A DNA stretch of 64,000 nt, from contig JBBAJO010000017.1 in assembly GCA_040404005.1 (NCBI GenBank), positions 5,245 through 69,244 of the forward strand, given 5' to 3'. The notes under the pieces were generated by a model. That model ran no database searches. It saw nothing but the letters and a program-made list of their open reading frames with translations, and was not told the origin of the DNA. Below, piece after piece: positions 20,064-30,085 of the stretch. The translations under genes were made by a program, and so were the position numbers. This DNA is from Chitinophagaceae bacterium. GTDB taxonomy: Bacteria > Bacteroidota > Bacteroidia > Chitinophagales > Chitinophagaceae. How positions within the stretch are numbered: the first letter of the stretch is position 1; the number at the start of each line of letters is the position of its first letter.

Positions 20064-21587
20064 CTAACCAATTGTACTGAAGTTTTTTGCATGACCATCT
20101 ACATGACCATCTAATTGTTTCAGAAATCGTTCTGCATGGGTAAGATGAGCTTGCTGCTTTTCGGGTAACATCTTATCATAGGTATTCACCAGCATGCCCA
20201 GGCGCGGATTTTTTAGGAAGAAGTTTCGATGTACATGCATAAACCGCCAGAATAGTCCATCCCATACCTTTTGCCAATCTCCCTTTTCATAGTCACTCAT
20301 CTTCATCAAGTAGTTACTCCCGCTGATATAGGGCTTCGTGGTCATCAGGCCTCCGTCTGCAAATTGGGTCATCCCATAAACATTGGGCACCATGACCCAG
20401 TCGTACGCATCCACAAACATTTCCATAAACCATCGGTATACTTCATCGGGGTCAAATTCACAAAGCTGCATAAAATTGCCCAGCACCATCAGGCGCTCGA
20501 TATGGTGACAATACCCGGTTTTTAAGATCTTCTTAATGGTTGAGTCGATAGGCGGGATACCTGTTTCGCCAGTCCAAAAACTGGGCGGGATCTTCCGTGT
20601 AAATCCCCAGTAATTTCTTGTTCGTTGAATGGCTCCTTCTCTCTCGTAGACAATCCGTATAAATTCCCGCCAACCCATGATCTGCCTGATAAAGCCTTCC
20701 ACAGAATTCAGTGGGATGTTGAATTTGTTTGCCGTGGTCAATGCAGCATCAATGATCTGTTTTGGTGCCAGTAACCCTACATTCAGCATGGGACTCAATA
20801 CGGAATGGTGCAATACATTTTCTTTAACCACAATGGCATCTTCATAAATGCCGAATTTTTCGAAACGGGATTCTAAAAAATCATTCAGCCATTTTTCGGC
20901 ATCAGCGAATGTGGTAACAAAAAAATGTGGCGGCTCAGTATTTCCATAGTTATCAGCAAAATGTTTTTGAACATAATGTTTTGCCTCGGCGACAAATTTG
21001 TTTTCGGAAGGGAACTCAAGTACGGGCGCTTTTTCTTTTTTAGGGAATTTTTCCCTGTTGTCTGCATCGAAGGTCCATTTGCCGCCGACAGGTTTTCCGT
21101 CTTCTTCCAACAAGATCTTTCGGGACTTTCGTTGCCAGGTATAGAAATCCGTTTGAAAATAGGTTTTCTTTTTGCTGAAGTAGTCGTCTACGCCTTGCAG
21201 GGTGTTTAGGAAATTGGGGCTATCATATATATGCAGTGAAATGTTATGTTCGTGGCAAGCCTTTTGTATCCTTTTGAGTAACCAATCATCTACGGGGTCA
21301 ACCATATGAACGTCAGAAATACCTTCTTTTGCTAATGCCGACACCAGTATCCGGCAGTCATTTTCAGGTGCAATGGCTTCAATATAGTTTACGGTGTAAT
21401 GTTTTTCCTGTAGCCAGTATTCATAGTATTTCATGCTGGCCCGGTGCAAGACCAATTTCTGCTGATGGAAATTGTACTGCCTGAAGTACAGCCATTCTTC
21501 AATCAGGCAGATCGTTCGATTTTTTTCTAACGCCGGATGGTTTTCAAACAACTGGTTAGGGAAAATGATAGCTACAGCTCTAGACAT
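20064..21587 (-). CDS. Cryptochrome/photolyase, bacterial (6-4) photolyase-related (COG3046-type), lacking Fe-S cysteines
   Basis: IIFPNQLF, HQQKLVLHRASM, LHHSVLSPMLNVGLL, EGFIRQIMGWREF, GYCHHIERLM and DAYDWVMVPNV motifs; ATG at 21587 preferred. Confidence 0.9.
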   Translation of the reverse strand: MSRAVAIIFPNQLFENHPALEKNRTICLIEEWLYFRQYNFHQQKLVLHRASMKYYEYWLQEKHYTVNYIEAIAPENDCRILVSALAKEGISDVHMVDPVDDWLLKRIQKACHEHNISLHIYDSPNFLNTLQGVDDYFSKKKTYFQTDFYTWQRKSRKILLEEDGKPVGGKWTFDADNREKFPKKEKAPVLEFPSENKFVAEAKHYVQKHFADNYGNTEPPHFFVTTFADAEKWLNDFLESRFEKFGIYEDAIVVKENVLHHSVLSPMLNVGLLAPKQIIDAALTTANKFNIPLNSVEGFIRQIMGWREFIRIVYEREGAIQRTRNYWGFTRKIPPSFWTGETGIPPIDSTIKKILKTGYCHHIERLMVLGNFMQLCEFDPDEVYRWFMEMFVDAYDWVMVPNVYGMTQFADGGLMTTKPYISGSNYLMKMSDYEKGDWQKVWDGLFWRFMHVHRNFFLKNPRLGMLVNTYDKMLPEKQQAHLTHAERFLKQLDGHVDGHAKNFSTIG

Positions 21588-21732
21588 TCTGGACAAACAA
21601 CAAACAGGGGTAGAAGTTTACTTTCAGGCAAGTGGTCATTGATCGCTTACTTTCTTTTCCGGGCTCTATTTTATTGATCGGACGATGACTTTTAGCAGAT
21701 ATGGTTAATTTGCAGCACTTCAAAGTTTGAGT

Positions 21733-24567
21733 ATGAGAAAATTGCTGTTTTTGTTTGCGGTCATGGTATCCGTTATCCAGGTTTTGGGTCAGGCTAAAAT
21801 GGTTCAGAAAGTGACCAGGAAAGGATCGGAAGTGATCATTCCTTTCGAAAAGTACATCCTACCTAACGGGCTGACCCTGGTGGTGCATGAGGACCATAGC
21901 GACCCCATCGTCCACGTGGACGTTACCTATCATGTAGGAAGTGCAAGGGAGGAGATCGGGAAAAGTGGCTTTGCCCATTTTTTTGAGCACATGATGTTTC
22001 AAGGTTCTGATAATGTTCCCAAGGGCGACCATTTTAAGGTGATCACGGATGCCGGCGGCACATTGAACGGAAGTACAAACCGGGACAGGACCAACTATTA
22101 CCAGACCATTCCCGGCAACCAACTTGAGAAGATCCTTTGGCTGGAGGCCGATCGGATGGGCTTTCTGCTGGACGCCGTGACACAGGAAAAGTTTGAGAAC
22201 CAGCGCAGCACGGTGAAGAATGAAAGGGGCCAGAATTATGATAATCGTCCCTACGGCCTTGTTTCCCAGTTTTCGTCTCAAAACCTTTACCCCTACGGTC
22301 ACCCATACAGCTGGCTGACGATAGGCTATGTAGAAGACCTGAACAGGGTGAACGTGCAGGACCTGAAGAATTTTTTCCTCCGGTGGTACGGTCCCAATAA
22401 CGCAACCCTGACGGTAGGTGGCGACGTTGAAACAGCTGAGGTGGTGAAACTCGTAGAGAGATATTTCGGCGTCATTCCGAAAGGTCCGGCTGTGGAGAAA
22501 ACAGTATTGCCGCCAGTGAAGCTGGACAAGAACCGCAATGTATCTTATGTAGATAATTTTGCTCGGGCACCGCTGCTGGTTAAGGTGTTTCCTGCCGTAG
22601 CTGAGTATCATCCCGACGTACCGGCGCTAAGTTGCCTGGGCCAGGTACTGGGTCAGGGCAGAACGTCGGTGTTCTATCAGGAAATGGTCAAGCCCCAACT
22701 GGTGCTACAGGCGAATGCATTTAGCCAGTCGTCCGAACTTTCAGGTGAATTTTCCTTTCAGGTCACACCATTTCCCGGAAAATCTCTTGCCTATGCCGAT
22801 TCACTGGTGACCTTGGCGTTGCAGGCGTTTGAGCGCCGCGGCGTAACGGATGAGGATATCGCAAAATTCAGGGGCGCTATTGAGTCGCAGTACATCAACA
22901 GGCTACAAAGTGTGTCGGGTAAAGTATCTCAGCTTGCTGCCTTTCAAGCCTTCAGGGGCAACCCAGATATGGTGGGCACTTTGCTCAAAGGATACCTGGC
23001 AGTCACCAGGGAGGACGTGATGCGGGTGTACAACACGTATATCCGGAACAAGCCCTCCGTTACGGTGAGCGTGTTGACAAAAGGCGGGGAGAAGCTGATT
23101 GCGGCGGCAGATGATTATAAGCCCGATCCTTCAGCATACAAGGCGCCTTCCTACGGCTACGAGGGGTTGACATATAGCAAACCGAAGGAGGCCTTCGACC
23201 GCAGCAAGGTTCCGGGTAACGGGCCTAATCCCGTAGTAGCTGTTCCTGCACATTGGAAGAAAGATCTTGGAAATGGCATAAAAGCCATTGGTGCGCAGAA
23301 TACCGAAGTGCCTACGGTAACCCTTTCGATCAGCATACCCGGTGGCCATCTTACCCAAAGCAATGATACCTCGAGGCTGGGGCTGGCAGGCATGGCTGCT
23401 GCGATGTTGAACGAGGACACGAAGAGCTACACCGTTGAGGAATTGAGCCTGGAACTCCAGAAACTGGGATCGAGCATTTCTGTTAGTTCCGAACTTGATG
23501 GTGTTGTGTTTCAGATGCAGTCGCTCAAGAAAAACCTCGACAAAACCCTTGCCTTGCTGGAAGAACGGATGCTGAATCCAAAGTTCACGCCTGAGGCATT
23601 CAGTCGCCTCCAGAAACAATCACTGGAAGGTTTCAAGACAAGGAAAGCACAGCCTGCATCTGTGGCCAGTACGGTTTGGAATAAGATCATGTATGGCGAC
23701 AATATCATGGGTATGCCAACAACGGGAACCGAAAGTACCGTTCGTAATCTCAAACTCGCAGATGTGCAGTGGTATTACGATAACTGGATGACCTCGCAGG
23801 GTAGTAAAGTAGTGGTGGTAGGGGATGTTACCCAGGCAGAGATAGAACCCAAGCTGGCTTTCCTGAAAAAGCTTCCGAATAAAAACATCACTATGCCGGT
23901 GCCCGGTGCAGCCGCGGCTGCAAGTAAAGCAAAGATCTATGTTGTGGATGTTCCAAAGGCAACGCAGACTGAATTCAGGGTGGGCTATGTAACAGGACTG
24001 AAATATGATGCTACCGGGGAGTTCTATAAAGCGGGTCTGATGAACTACCCGTTGGGAGCATCGTTTAACAGCATCATCAACTATAACCTTCGTGAAACGA
24101 AGGGCTGGACCTATGGGGCTCGCAGCAGTTTCAGCGGCGATGAATACTCTGGTGAATTTCTGTTCAGTGCAGGCATCAGGGCGAATGCAACAGACAGCGC
24201 GCTCGGCGAGTTGTTGAACGACATGAAGAATTATGCCGCAAACGGGGTGAAACAGGAAGACCTCAATTTTACGAGGAATGCAATAGGACAGCGCGACGCA
24301 TTGCAATATGAGACCGGCGTGCAGAAAGCAGGATTCATCAGGAGGATCCTCAGGTACGATCTGCCTTCAAACTATGTCCAAACGCAAAACAGGATCTTGA
24401 GCAGCATCACCAAGCAAGAGATCGATGCCCTGGCGAAGAAGTGGATAAAGATCGAGAACATGCAGATCCTGCTGGTAGGCGATAAGGCCGTCATTCTGCC
24501 GGGACTGCTGAAATTCGGGTATGAGATCGTTGAGCTCGACGCCGATGGTAAATTGAAGAAATCATAA
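21733..24567 (+). CDS. M16 (pitrilysin-like) zinc protease, secreted, two-module
   Basis: HFFEH (HxxEH), NGSTNRDRTNYY and LRETKGWTYG motifs; signal peptide. Confidence 0.95.
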   Translation: MRKLLFLFAVMVSVIQVLGQAKMVQKVTRKGSEVIIPFEKYILPNGLTLVVHEDHSDPIVHVDVTYHVGSAREEIGKSGFAHFFEHMMFQGSDNVPKGDHFKVITDAGGTLNGSTNRDRTNYYQTIPGNQLEKILWLEADRMGFLLDAVTQEKFENQRSTVKNERGQNYDNRPYGLVSQFSSQNLYPYGHPYSWLTIGYVEDLNRVNVQDLKNFFLRWYGPNNATLTVGGDVETAEVVKLVERYFGVIPKGPAVEKTVLPPVKLDKNRNVSYVDNFARAPLLVKVFPAVAEYHPDVPALSCLGQVLGQGRTSVFYQEMVKPQLVLQANAFSQSSELSGEFSFQVTPFPGKSLAYADSLVTLALQAFERRGVTDEDIAKFRGAIESQYINRLQSVSGKVSQLAAFQAFRGNPDMVGTLLKGYLAVTREDVMRVYNTYIRNKPSVTVSVLTKGGEKLIAAADDYKPDPSAYKAPSYGYEGLTYSKPKEAFDRSKVPGNGPNPVVAVPAHWKKDLGNGIKAIGAQNTEVPTVTLSISIPGGHLTQSNDTSRLGLAGMAAAMLNEDTKSYTVEELSLELQKLGSSISVSSELDGVVFQMQSLKKNLDKTLALLEERMLNPKFTPEAFSRLQKQSLEGFKTRKAQPASVASTVWNKIMYGDNIMGMPTTGTESTVRNLKLADVQWYYDNWMTSQGSKVVVVGDVTQAEIEPKLAFLKKLPNKNITMPVPGAAAAASKAKIYVVDVPKATQTEFRVGYVTGLKYDATGEFYKAGLMNYPLGASFNSIINYNLRETKGWTYGARSSFSGDEYSGEFLFSAGIRANATDSALGELLNDMKNYAANGVKQEDLNFTRNAIGQRDALQYETGVQKAGFIRRILRYDLPSNYVQTQNRILSSITKQEIDALAKKWIKIENMQILLVGDKAVILPGLLKFGYEIVELDADGKLKKS

Positions 24568-24590
24568 GGCATTTAAAAAAAGAAAGTTGA

Positions 24591-24619
24591 AAAGAGCGGC
24601 TGACCAGGCCGCTTTTTTA
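24591..24619 (+). terminator. Rho-independent terminator after the M16 protease gene
   Basis: agcggc-tgaccag-gccgct followed by a T-run. Confidence 0.8.
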
Positions 24620-24679
24620 TTTATCGGCTATCGATTTGCTGTTATTGGGTCGATACGAGTTTGAGATAAGTGGGGGCAT

Positions 24680-24709
24680 AAAAAAGGGTTACACCTTCGT
24701 ATAACCCTT
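24680..24709 (-). terminator. Rho-independent terminator for the convergent 101-aa gene
   Basis: Minus strand: aagggtta-N10-taaccctt followed by a T-run. Confidence 0.7.
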
Positions 24710-24728
24710 CAACTAGTTTAGATGGGTC

Positions 24729-25034
24729 TTAAGCCTTTTTTACTTTCTTAACAGTTACTACGTCACCTTCGAGTGATCCTTTAATGGTGACTTTCTGACC
24801 GATGAACTCCGCAACTTTAGCAGGATCACTGATCTTGTACATTTTGTCACCAACAACCAGTACGGTGGCTTTACCACCAGCAATGCATTTCTTGGCGCAT
24901 TCGGCATGTGCTTCATTGGCTGACTTAACGCCGCAATGATCGTCACTGATGATGCCTGTCCAGGTGCCTTTTTCAGTGGCATAGCTCATCATGACAAAAA
25001 ACATCATAACGAGGGCGAATAGATACTTTTTCAT
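24729..25034 (-). CDS. Small secreted Cys/His-containing hypothetical protein (OB-fold-like)
   Basis: Signal peptide; WTGIISDDHCG...HAECAKKC; GQKVTIKGSLEGDVVTV. Confidence 0.8.
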   Translation of the reverse strand: MKKYLFALVMMFFVMMSYATEKGTWTGIISDDHCGVKSANEAHAECAKKCIAGGKATVLVVGDKMYKISDPAKVAEFIGQKVTIKGSLEGDVVTVKKVKKA

Positions 25035-25071
25035 GTTTTATACTTTAAGGAAATGTACGAAAAAAGGTCCT

Positions 25072-25668
25072 TTATTCAATTAAATTCAATTTTTCGTAAA
25101 AGTACTCCCGGGTAAGTTCCCTGACCTCGCCGGGCAATAATTGTCCGAGCTCCAGATCATCGATCGAAATTCGGACCAGTCGGATGCATTTATGACGGAC
25201 GGAAGCCACCATTTTTCTTACCTGGTGGAACTTTCCCTCCTGTAAACTGATTTTAAGCCAGGAATAGGGGATGTTTTTATGTAGTGGGATATCGGGGTCT
25301 TGCAGGTATGCTGGTTTTTCCGCCAGTTCTACCTGGCAAGGGCTTGTTAGAAAACTGCCTCCAAGGGCTGCGCTGATGGAGACCCCGCTGGCGAGTTTTT
25401 CTATTGTTTCCTGACTAACGTGATATTTTACCTGCACCAGGTATGTTCGGTTATGGGGTTTCTTTCCCTGGAAAAGCAGGCGCGTGATTTTTTTGTCGGT
25501 GGTTAATAATAACAAGCCCTCTGATTTATTGTCCAGTCGTCCGATCGCATGGGTTCCTTCCGGGAAGTCAAAATTGATCGCCCCGAGTAGCCGAACATCA
25601 TGCGTACTTACAAACTGTGACACCATGTCTACAGGCTTATGCAGCATAAAATAGCGGTCTCCCAACAT
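25072..25668 (-). CDS. RNA pseudouridine synthase (RluE/RsuA family)
   Basis: GRLDNKSEGLLLLT catalytic Asp motif; EGKFHQVRKM. Confidence 0.9.
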   Translation of the reverse strand: MLGDRYFMLHKPVDMVSQFVSTHDVRLLGAINFDFPEGTHAIGRLDNKSEGLLLLTTDKKITRLLFQGKKPHNRTYLVQVKYHVSQETIEKLASGVSISAALGGSFLTSPCQVELAEKPAYLQDPDIPLHKNIPYSWLKISLQEGKFHQVRKMVASVRHKCIRLVRISIDDLELGQLLPGEVRELTREYFYEKLNLIE

Positions 25669-25693
25669 AGGCGCAATTTAGCTAATATTGCAA

Positions 25694-26008
25694 ATGCAAC
25701 AGGCCTCGAAAGATCCCTTACATGGGAAAACACTGGAGATGATCGTGACTGAACTGGTTACCTTTCTCGGCTGGGAGGCGCTGGGTCAGCATATTCCCAT
25801 TAACTGTTTTACCATCAACCCCAGTGTTCGATCCAGCCTTACATTTCTTCGAAAAACACCCTGGGCGAGAAAAAAAGTGGAAGACCTCTACGTACGTATG
25901 ATTTCATACGATGCATTGGTGACCGGAACACCCTCTCCTGTCAGTGCGGCCTCCTCGCATCGGAACGATTTCACCAGGCAGAGCCTCAGGTCACCTGAAA
26001 CTTCGTAA
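25694..26008 (+). CDS. VF530/DUF2132 family DNA-binding protein
   Basis: [12 protein letters not shown]...INCF...[24 protein letters not shown]. Confidence 0.9.
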   Translation: MQQASKDPLHGKTLEMIVTELVTFLGWEALGQHIPINCFTINPSVRSSLTFLRKTPWARKKVEDLYVRMISYDALVTGTPSPVSAASSHRNDFTRQSLRSPETS

Positions 26009-26119
26009 TGAATGATTGGAGTGAAGTGCAGCGTCCTGGCGTATTGCCTTCTGCAGCTTTTGTTATACGGGGGATATCGACAAAAAGGAGAACATTAGCA
26101 GAAGCTAAGGGAAATTCTC

Positions 26120-26350
26120 TTAGAGGTTGTTTGTACTTTTCACGCCGCGGAACTTTTTATACAGGTGATCGATCTGTATGATGAAAAAGATGAACCAAAG
26201 TATGATTCTGACGAAACTCCGGAACTTATTTTCGTTCGGCTGCATAAACTCCCAGACGATCCCGCCGATCAGGGCCAACGCTAAAACGATCCGTGCTGCG
26301 ATGTTTAATTTTTCCCTAAGTGGTAATGTTGGTCTTTCTACGTTAGGCAT
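26120..26350 (-). CDS. Small two-TM hypothetical protein
   Basis: ATG at 26350 (MPNVERPT...) within track ORF 26120..26437; two hydrophobic helices. Confidence 0.5.
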   Translation of the reverse strand: MPNVERPTLPLREKLNIAARIVLALALIGGIVWEFMQPNENKFRSFVRIILWFIFFIIQIDHLYKKFRGVKSTNNL

Positions 26351-26402
26351 GTTCAGATTAGTAAAGTTTTTGTAGGAATATATCGAGTCTTCAGCCGAGA
26401 AA

Positions 26403-26439
26403 CAATTCGCCAATTCGTAAATCCGCCAATTCGCCAATT
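26403..26439. repeat. Degenerate octamer tandem repeat (about 4.6 units)
   Basis: Minus strand: aattggcg aattggcg gatttacg aattggcg aattg, directly at the MazG-like stop. Confidence 0.8.
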
Positions 26440-26704
26440 ATTTATTGGGAAGTTTTCTCTTATTGTTGAGATAGCTTTCTACGGCATCTTCCATATCCAC
26501 CTCCATCAGGTTGGCCAGGGTCATCAACCACATCAGTACATCTGCAAATTCTTCTTTTGCATTTTCTTTATCGCCGCTGGCGATGGCAGACGACAGTTCG
26601 CCTACTTCCTCATGGAACCATAATGCTGTGTGAAAGATGCCTCTTTCGTTATCTGTTTTAAAATATCTTTCTTTTACCAGGGCCTGTAGGGCTGAGATCT
26701 CCAT
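26438..26704 (-). CDS. Single-domain MazG-like nucleotide pyrophosphohydrolase
   Basis: EEVGEL and EEFADV EXXE motifs; 88 aa. Confidence 0.9.
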   Translation of the reverse strand: MEISALQALVKERYFKTDNERGIFHTALWFHEEVGELSSAIASGDKENAKEEFADVLMWLMTLANLMEVDMEDAVESYLNNKRKLPNK

Positions 26705-26715
26705 GGTCAGGTGAT

Positions 26716-27903
26716 TTATTGGTGATTGGGTTCAGTAACCGAAACTGATTTTGATCCGCTGTATAATTCGTATTCGAAGAGCCGGCAGTCGATGGTGCTG
26801 GTATAAAATTCAATGCGCCGTTTCGGCTTAAGACCTACCTTCTTCCCCAATTCTAAATTCCCCGTGAACACATAGCCCGTATAACCACCGCATTTTTGTT
26901 TCATAAAATCCCCAATGCGCTTATAGGTTTCTTCCAGTTTTCCTTCATCGCCCAAGCGCTCTCCGTATTCCGGATTGACATAAAAGATGCCGGGCACGTC
27001 CGGCGGTATTTCTGTATCTGCAAAGTCGCAGACTTGAAAGTCGATGAGGTTGACCACGCCCGCAGCAATGGCGTTCTTTGTCGAGTTTTCTACTGCCCTA
27101 CGACTGTAATCACTCGCGATAATGCGCAGCCCGGGAACATCAGTGATCTGATCCTCCAACAGGGCATCTTCGCGTTGATAGACCGCATCGTCGTATCCCT
27201 GCAGATGCATGAATGCGTAATTGGTTCGGAATAGTCCGGGGCGACGATTGGTGGCGATCATGGCAGCTTCAATGGCAACGGTACCTGAGCCGCACATGGG
27301 GTTGACGAACGGTGATTTTCGGTCCCAGCGGGATGCCAGGATAGTTGCTGCTGCAAGCGCTTCCAGCATCGGTGCCTGACCAGGAATTTTGCGATAGCCG
27401 TGCCTGCCCAGGGAGTCGCCAGTGGAATCAATAAAGACCTCTGCATGTTCATTCTTCCAAAACAGATGGATCACTGCGCCCGTCAGTGCCGAACCTGTTG
27501 AAGGCCTGCTGCCTCTTTTATCCCGCAACCTGTCCACGATCGCATCTTTAACCCTTAGGTTGGCGAACATGCTGTTGTTGATCGTGGGATTATTTACATT
27601 ACTGGTGATGGAAAAATAACTGTCTTCCGGAAGAATATTTTCCCATGGATAATCAATGAGATTTTTATAGATATCGTCTGCATTTTCCGCCTCGAATTGC
27701 CTGAGACTAAATAGTACCTGACTCGCGCAACGAAGGTTCAGGTTGAGTTTGATGCAGTCGTTCAACGTACCAGTCAGACGAACACCGGTAACAAATGTTT
27801 CTTCCGGTTCAAATCCAATTTCTTTGATATCCTGTTCTACATAAGGGGCAAGTCGTTTTGGACAGGTGACAATAATGACTCCTTTATCAGTAAATAGACT
27901 CAT
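26716..27903 (-). CDS. THUMP-domain class I SAM-dependent RNA methyltransferase (RlmL-like)
   Basis: LRVKDAIVD, SLGRHGYR, NPMCGSGT and VNPEYGERL motifs. Confidence 0.9.
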   Translation of the reverse strand: MSLFTDKGVIIVTCPKRLAPYVEQDIKEIGFEPEETFVTGVRLTGTLNDCIKLNLNLRCASQVLFSLRQFEAENADDIYKNLIDYPWENILPEDSYFSITSNVNNPTINNSMFANLRVKDAIVDRLRDKRGSRPSTGSALTGAVIHLFWKNEHAEVFIDSTGDSLGRHGYRKIPGQAPMLEALAAATILASRWDRKSPFVNPMCGSGTVAIEAAMIATNRRPGLFRTNYAFMHLQGYDDAVYQREDALLEDQITDVPGLRIIASDYSRRAVENSTKNAIAAGVVNLIDFQVCDFADTEIPPDVPGIFYVNPEYGERLGDEGKLEETYKRIGDFMKQKCGGYTGYVFTGNLELGKKVGLKPKRRIEFYTSTIDCRLFEYELYSGSKSVSVTEPNHQ

Positions 27904-27967
27904 AGTAGCCCTAAAGGTAAAATATTACTGGTTGGACATTGGCTTTATCTGTCAGGAAAAGAGCAAT

Positions 27968-27995
27968 AAAAAACCCAGCCGTGTACAACTGGGTT
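27968..27995 (-). terminator. Rho-independent terminator after the S9 peptidase gene
   Basis: Minus strand: aacccag-N10-ctgggtt followed by a T-run, about 22 nt after the stop. Confidence 0.7.
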
Positions 27996-28017
27996 GAAAG
28001 ACAATGTAAGTATTCAC

Positions 28018-29988
28018 TTATTTCAGGTACTTATTATACCAATCGATATGTTTCTTATAACGATGAACAATATAGCTGGGAACACGCACACCATGATGCT
28101 GATTGGGATAGATCACAAGCTCCGTAGGTATCCCCGTTGATTTGAAGGCCTGGTACATTTGTTCTGCTCCAATAACCGGCACGTTAAAATCGTCTTGACT
28201 GGCCATGAATAAAGTAGGCGTTTTGATTTGTTCAACCTTGTAGAAAGGGTAAGAAAGGTCCATCCATTTTTTAGGATTTTTCCATGGCGCACCCAGCTCC
28301 TCTTCATACTGGGTGATATACTGGTCTGACCCATACATAGAAAGTTGTAAGGAGCTTCCGGCTCCACTAACCGCGGCCTTGAAACGGGTATCAGTGGCAA
28401 TGGTATAATTGGTGAGGATGCCGCCATAGCTCCAGCCTCCTATGCCCAGTTTGGTGGAGTCGGCAACCCCCATTTTGATCAGTTGATCGGCCAGTCCAAT
28501 AATATCTTTCACTTCTTTATTTCCCCAATCGGCATAGATCGCCTTGGTATATTCGCTGCCTCTTCCGCTGCTGCCCCTGTAATTCACTGCAGCTACGGCA
28601 AAGCCTGCTCCTGCGAGAACCTGCCTGCCCATATCGAAAGCGTATTCATCCTGTGCTACCGGTCCCCCGTGTATGAAGAGTACGAGCGGTAATTTTTTTG
28701 CCGTGCTATCCGGTAAATACAGGATGCCGGACACCCGATTCTTATCAGATGCCAGCCCTTCAAATCCTTTTACAAAAACGGGTTTCAATGGGGCGAGGAA
28801 TTCATCTGAAATGCGCGTGACCCTGGTGAATCCATTATTGGTTTTGATATAGATCTCATTGGGCGTGTTGTTATCGGAATACAGGGCAACCATCTGGCCC
28901 TTGCCATTGATTTCGATGGATGAGTATGATCCTGATTCTGTGGTGAGGTTACGATGGGTTTTTCCGGCCACATCAAACTCCACGATGTTTTGCTTTCTGT
29001 CGTCTTCCACCAATGCGTAAATAAATTTGCCATCGTGCGACCAGGCCGGGCTGGAAATGGACCGATCTATGGCTGCAGAAAGATTGTTGCTCTTTTTCGC
29101 TGCGATATCATAGAGGAAAAGTTGTTCCGTTTCGTACATGCTGAAATTTCCTTCCCCGGTGGATTGATTGAACAGGAGCTGTTTCCCGTCAGGGCTGAAC
29201 TTGGGACCACTGTTCGGGCCTTTGAATGTGGTCACCTGCTGGGACTGTTTTGTTGCCAGATCCATCAGGAAGATGTCACTGTTGTTATTTCGGTCCGGAT
29301 CTTCAGAAGTGTTACTGACATAGGCTACCATCTTGCCATCAAAACTAACGGCGGAGTTGGTTTGGGATTTATTTCCTTTGGTCAGCGTATCCACTTTTTT
29401 CGTTTTGACATCGAAAACATACAGATGTGTTTGCCGGTTATCCAGATAACCATCGCTGTCATCTTTAAAATGGAAACGGTTGATCTCAAAGGGTTTTCTG
29501 ATCTTGGTTTTGGCGGTATCGGCAGTATTCGGATCTCTGATCTCCATGAGGATCTTTGATCCATCGTTGAACCATTTATAAGAAGAAATTTCGCCCTTCA
29601 GGCTGGTGAGCTGCATGGGTTCGCCGCCTTTCCTGTTCATGAGAAAAATTTGTGAGCCTTCGTTCTCAACCTTTCCCTTAGACAGGAAGGAGATGTATTT
29701 ATTATCGGGGCTCCACGCCGGGGCACCTGCCGATTTCTCATCGGTGAGCTGAACCGTGTCATTCCCTGAAGTACTGATCATATAGAGCTTGCTTTCATAC
29801 TTATCTTTGGCTGAGTCCGCTTTAGATACCTGGTACATGATCCAGTTGCCGTCGGGCGATAGTTTTGGATTAGACAGGGCTTTCATTCGATATATGTCTT
29901 CCGGTTTGATCAGCCTTTTCGCAACATTTTGGGCAAATAGCATTGAACAAAGGAAGATGGCAGGAAAGAGTGTTGCTAATTTTCTCAT
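28018..29988 (-). CDS. S9 family serine peptidase with PD40/TolB-like propeller, secreted
   Basis: Start set to ATG 29988 (MRKLATLFPAIFLCSMLFAQ signal peptide); IHGGP, GGWSYGG nucleophile elbow, DDFNVP, HHG. Confidence 0.92.
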   Translation of the reverse strand: MRKLATLFPAIFLCSMLFAQNVAKRLIKPEDIYRMKALSNPKLSPDGNWIMYQVSKADSAKDKYESKLYMISTSGNDTVQLTDEKSAGAPAWSPDNKYISFLSKGKVENEGSQIFLMNRKGGEPMQLTSLKGEISSYKWFNDGSKILMEIRDPNTADTAKTKIRKPFEINRFHFKDDSDGYLDNRQTHLYVFDVKTKKVDTLTKGNKSQTNSAVSFDGKMVAYVSNTSEDPDRNNNSDIFLMDLATKQSQQVTTFKGPNSGPKFSPDGKQLLFNQSTGEGNFSMYETEQLFLYDIAAKKSNNLSAAIDRSISSPAWSHDGKFIYALVEDDRKQNIVEFDVAGKTHRNLTTESGSYSSIEINGKGQMVALYSDNNTPNEIYIKTNNGFTRVTRISDEFLAPLKPVFVKGFEGLASDKNRVSGILYLPDSTAKKLPLVLFIHGGPVAQDEYAFDMGRQVLAGAGFAVAAVNYRGSSGRGSEYTKAIYADWGNKEVKDIIGLADQLIKMGVADSTKLGIGGWSYGGILTNYTIATDTRFKAAVSGAGSSLQLSMYGSDQYITQYEEELGAPWKNPKKWMDLSYPFYKVEQIKTPTLFMASQDDFNVPVIGAEQMYQAFKSTGIPTELVIYPNQHHGVRVPSYIVHRYKKHIDWYNKYLK

Positions 29989-30085
29989 AGTTATGAAGAT
30001 AGAGCTTTGGGCACAAAAATGGTGCTGATGGTATCTATCCGCCATAAATTTCGACCGAATTCGTTTTTGGTTTTTATATTCAATC

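Noticed and set aside
21859-22611. Long antisense or alternate-frame ORFs (also 7676..8389, 23620..24306, 31160..31909, 37774..38469, 54146..54811)
   Set aside because: They are shadows of well-supported genes, with no recognisable motifs.
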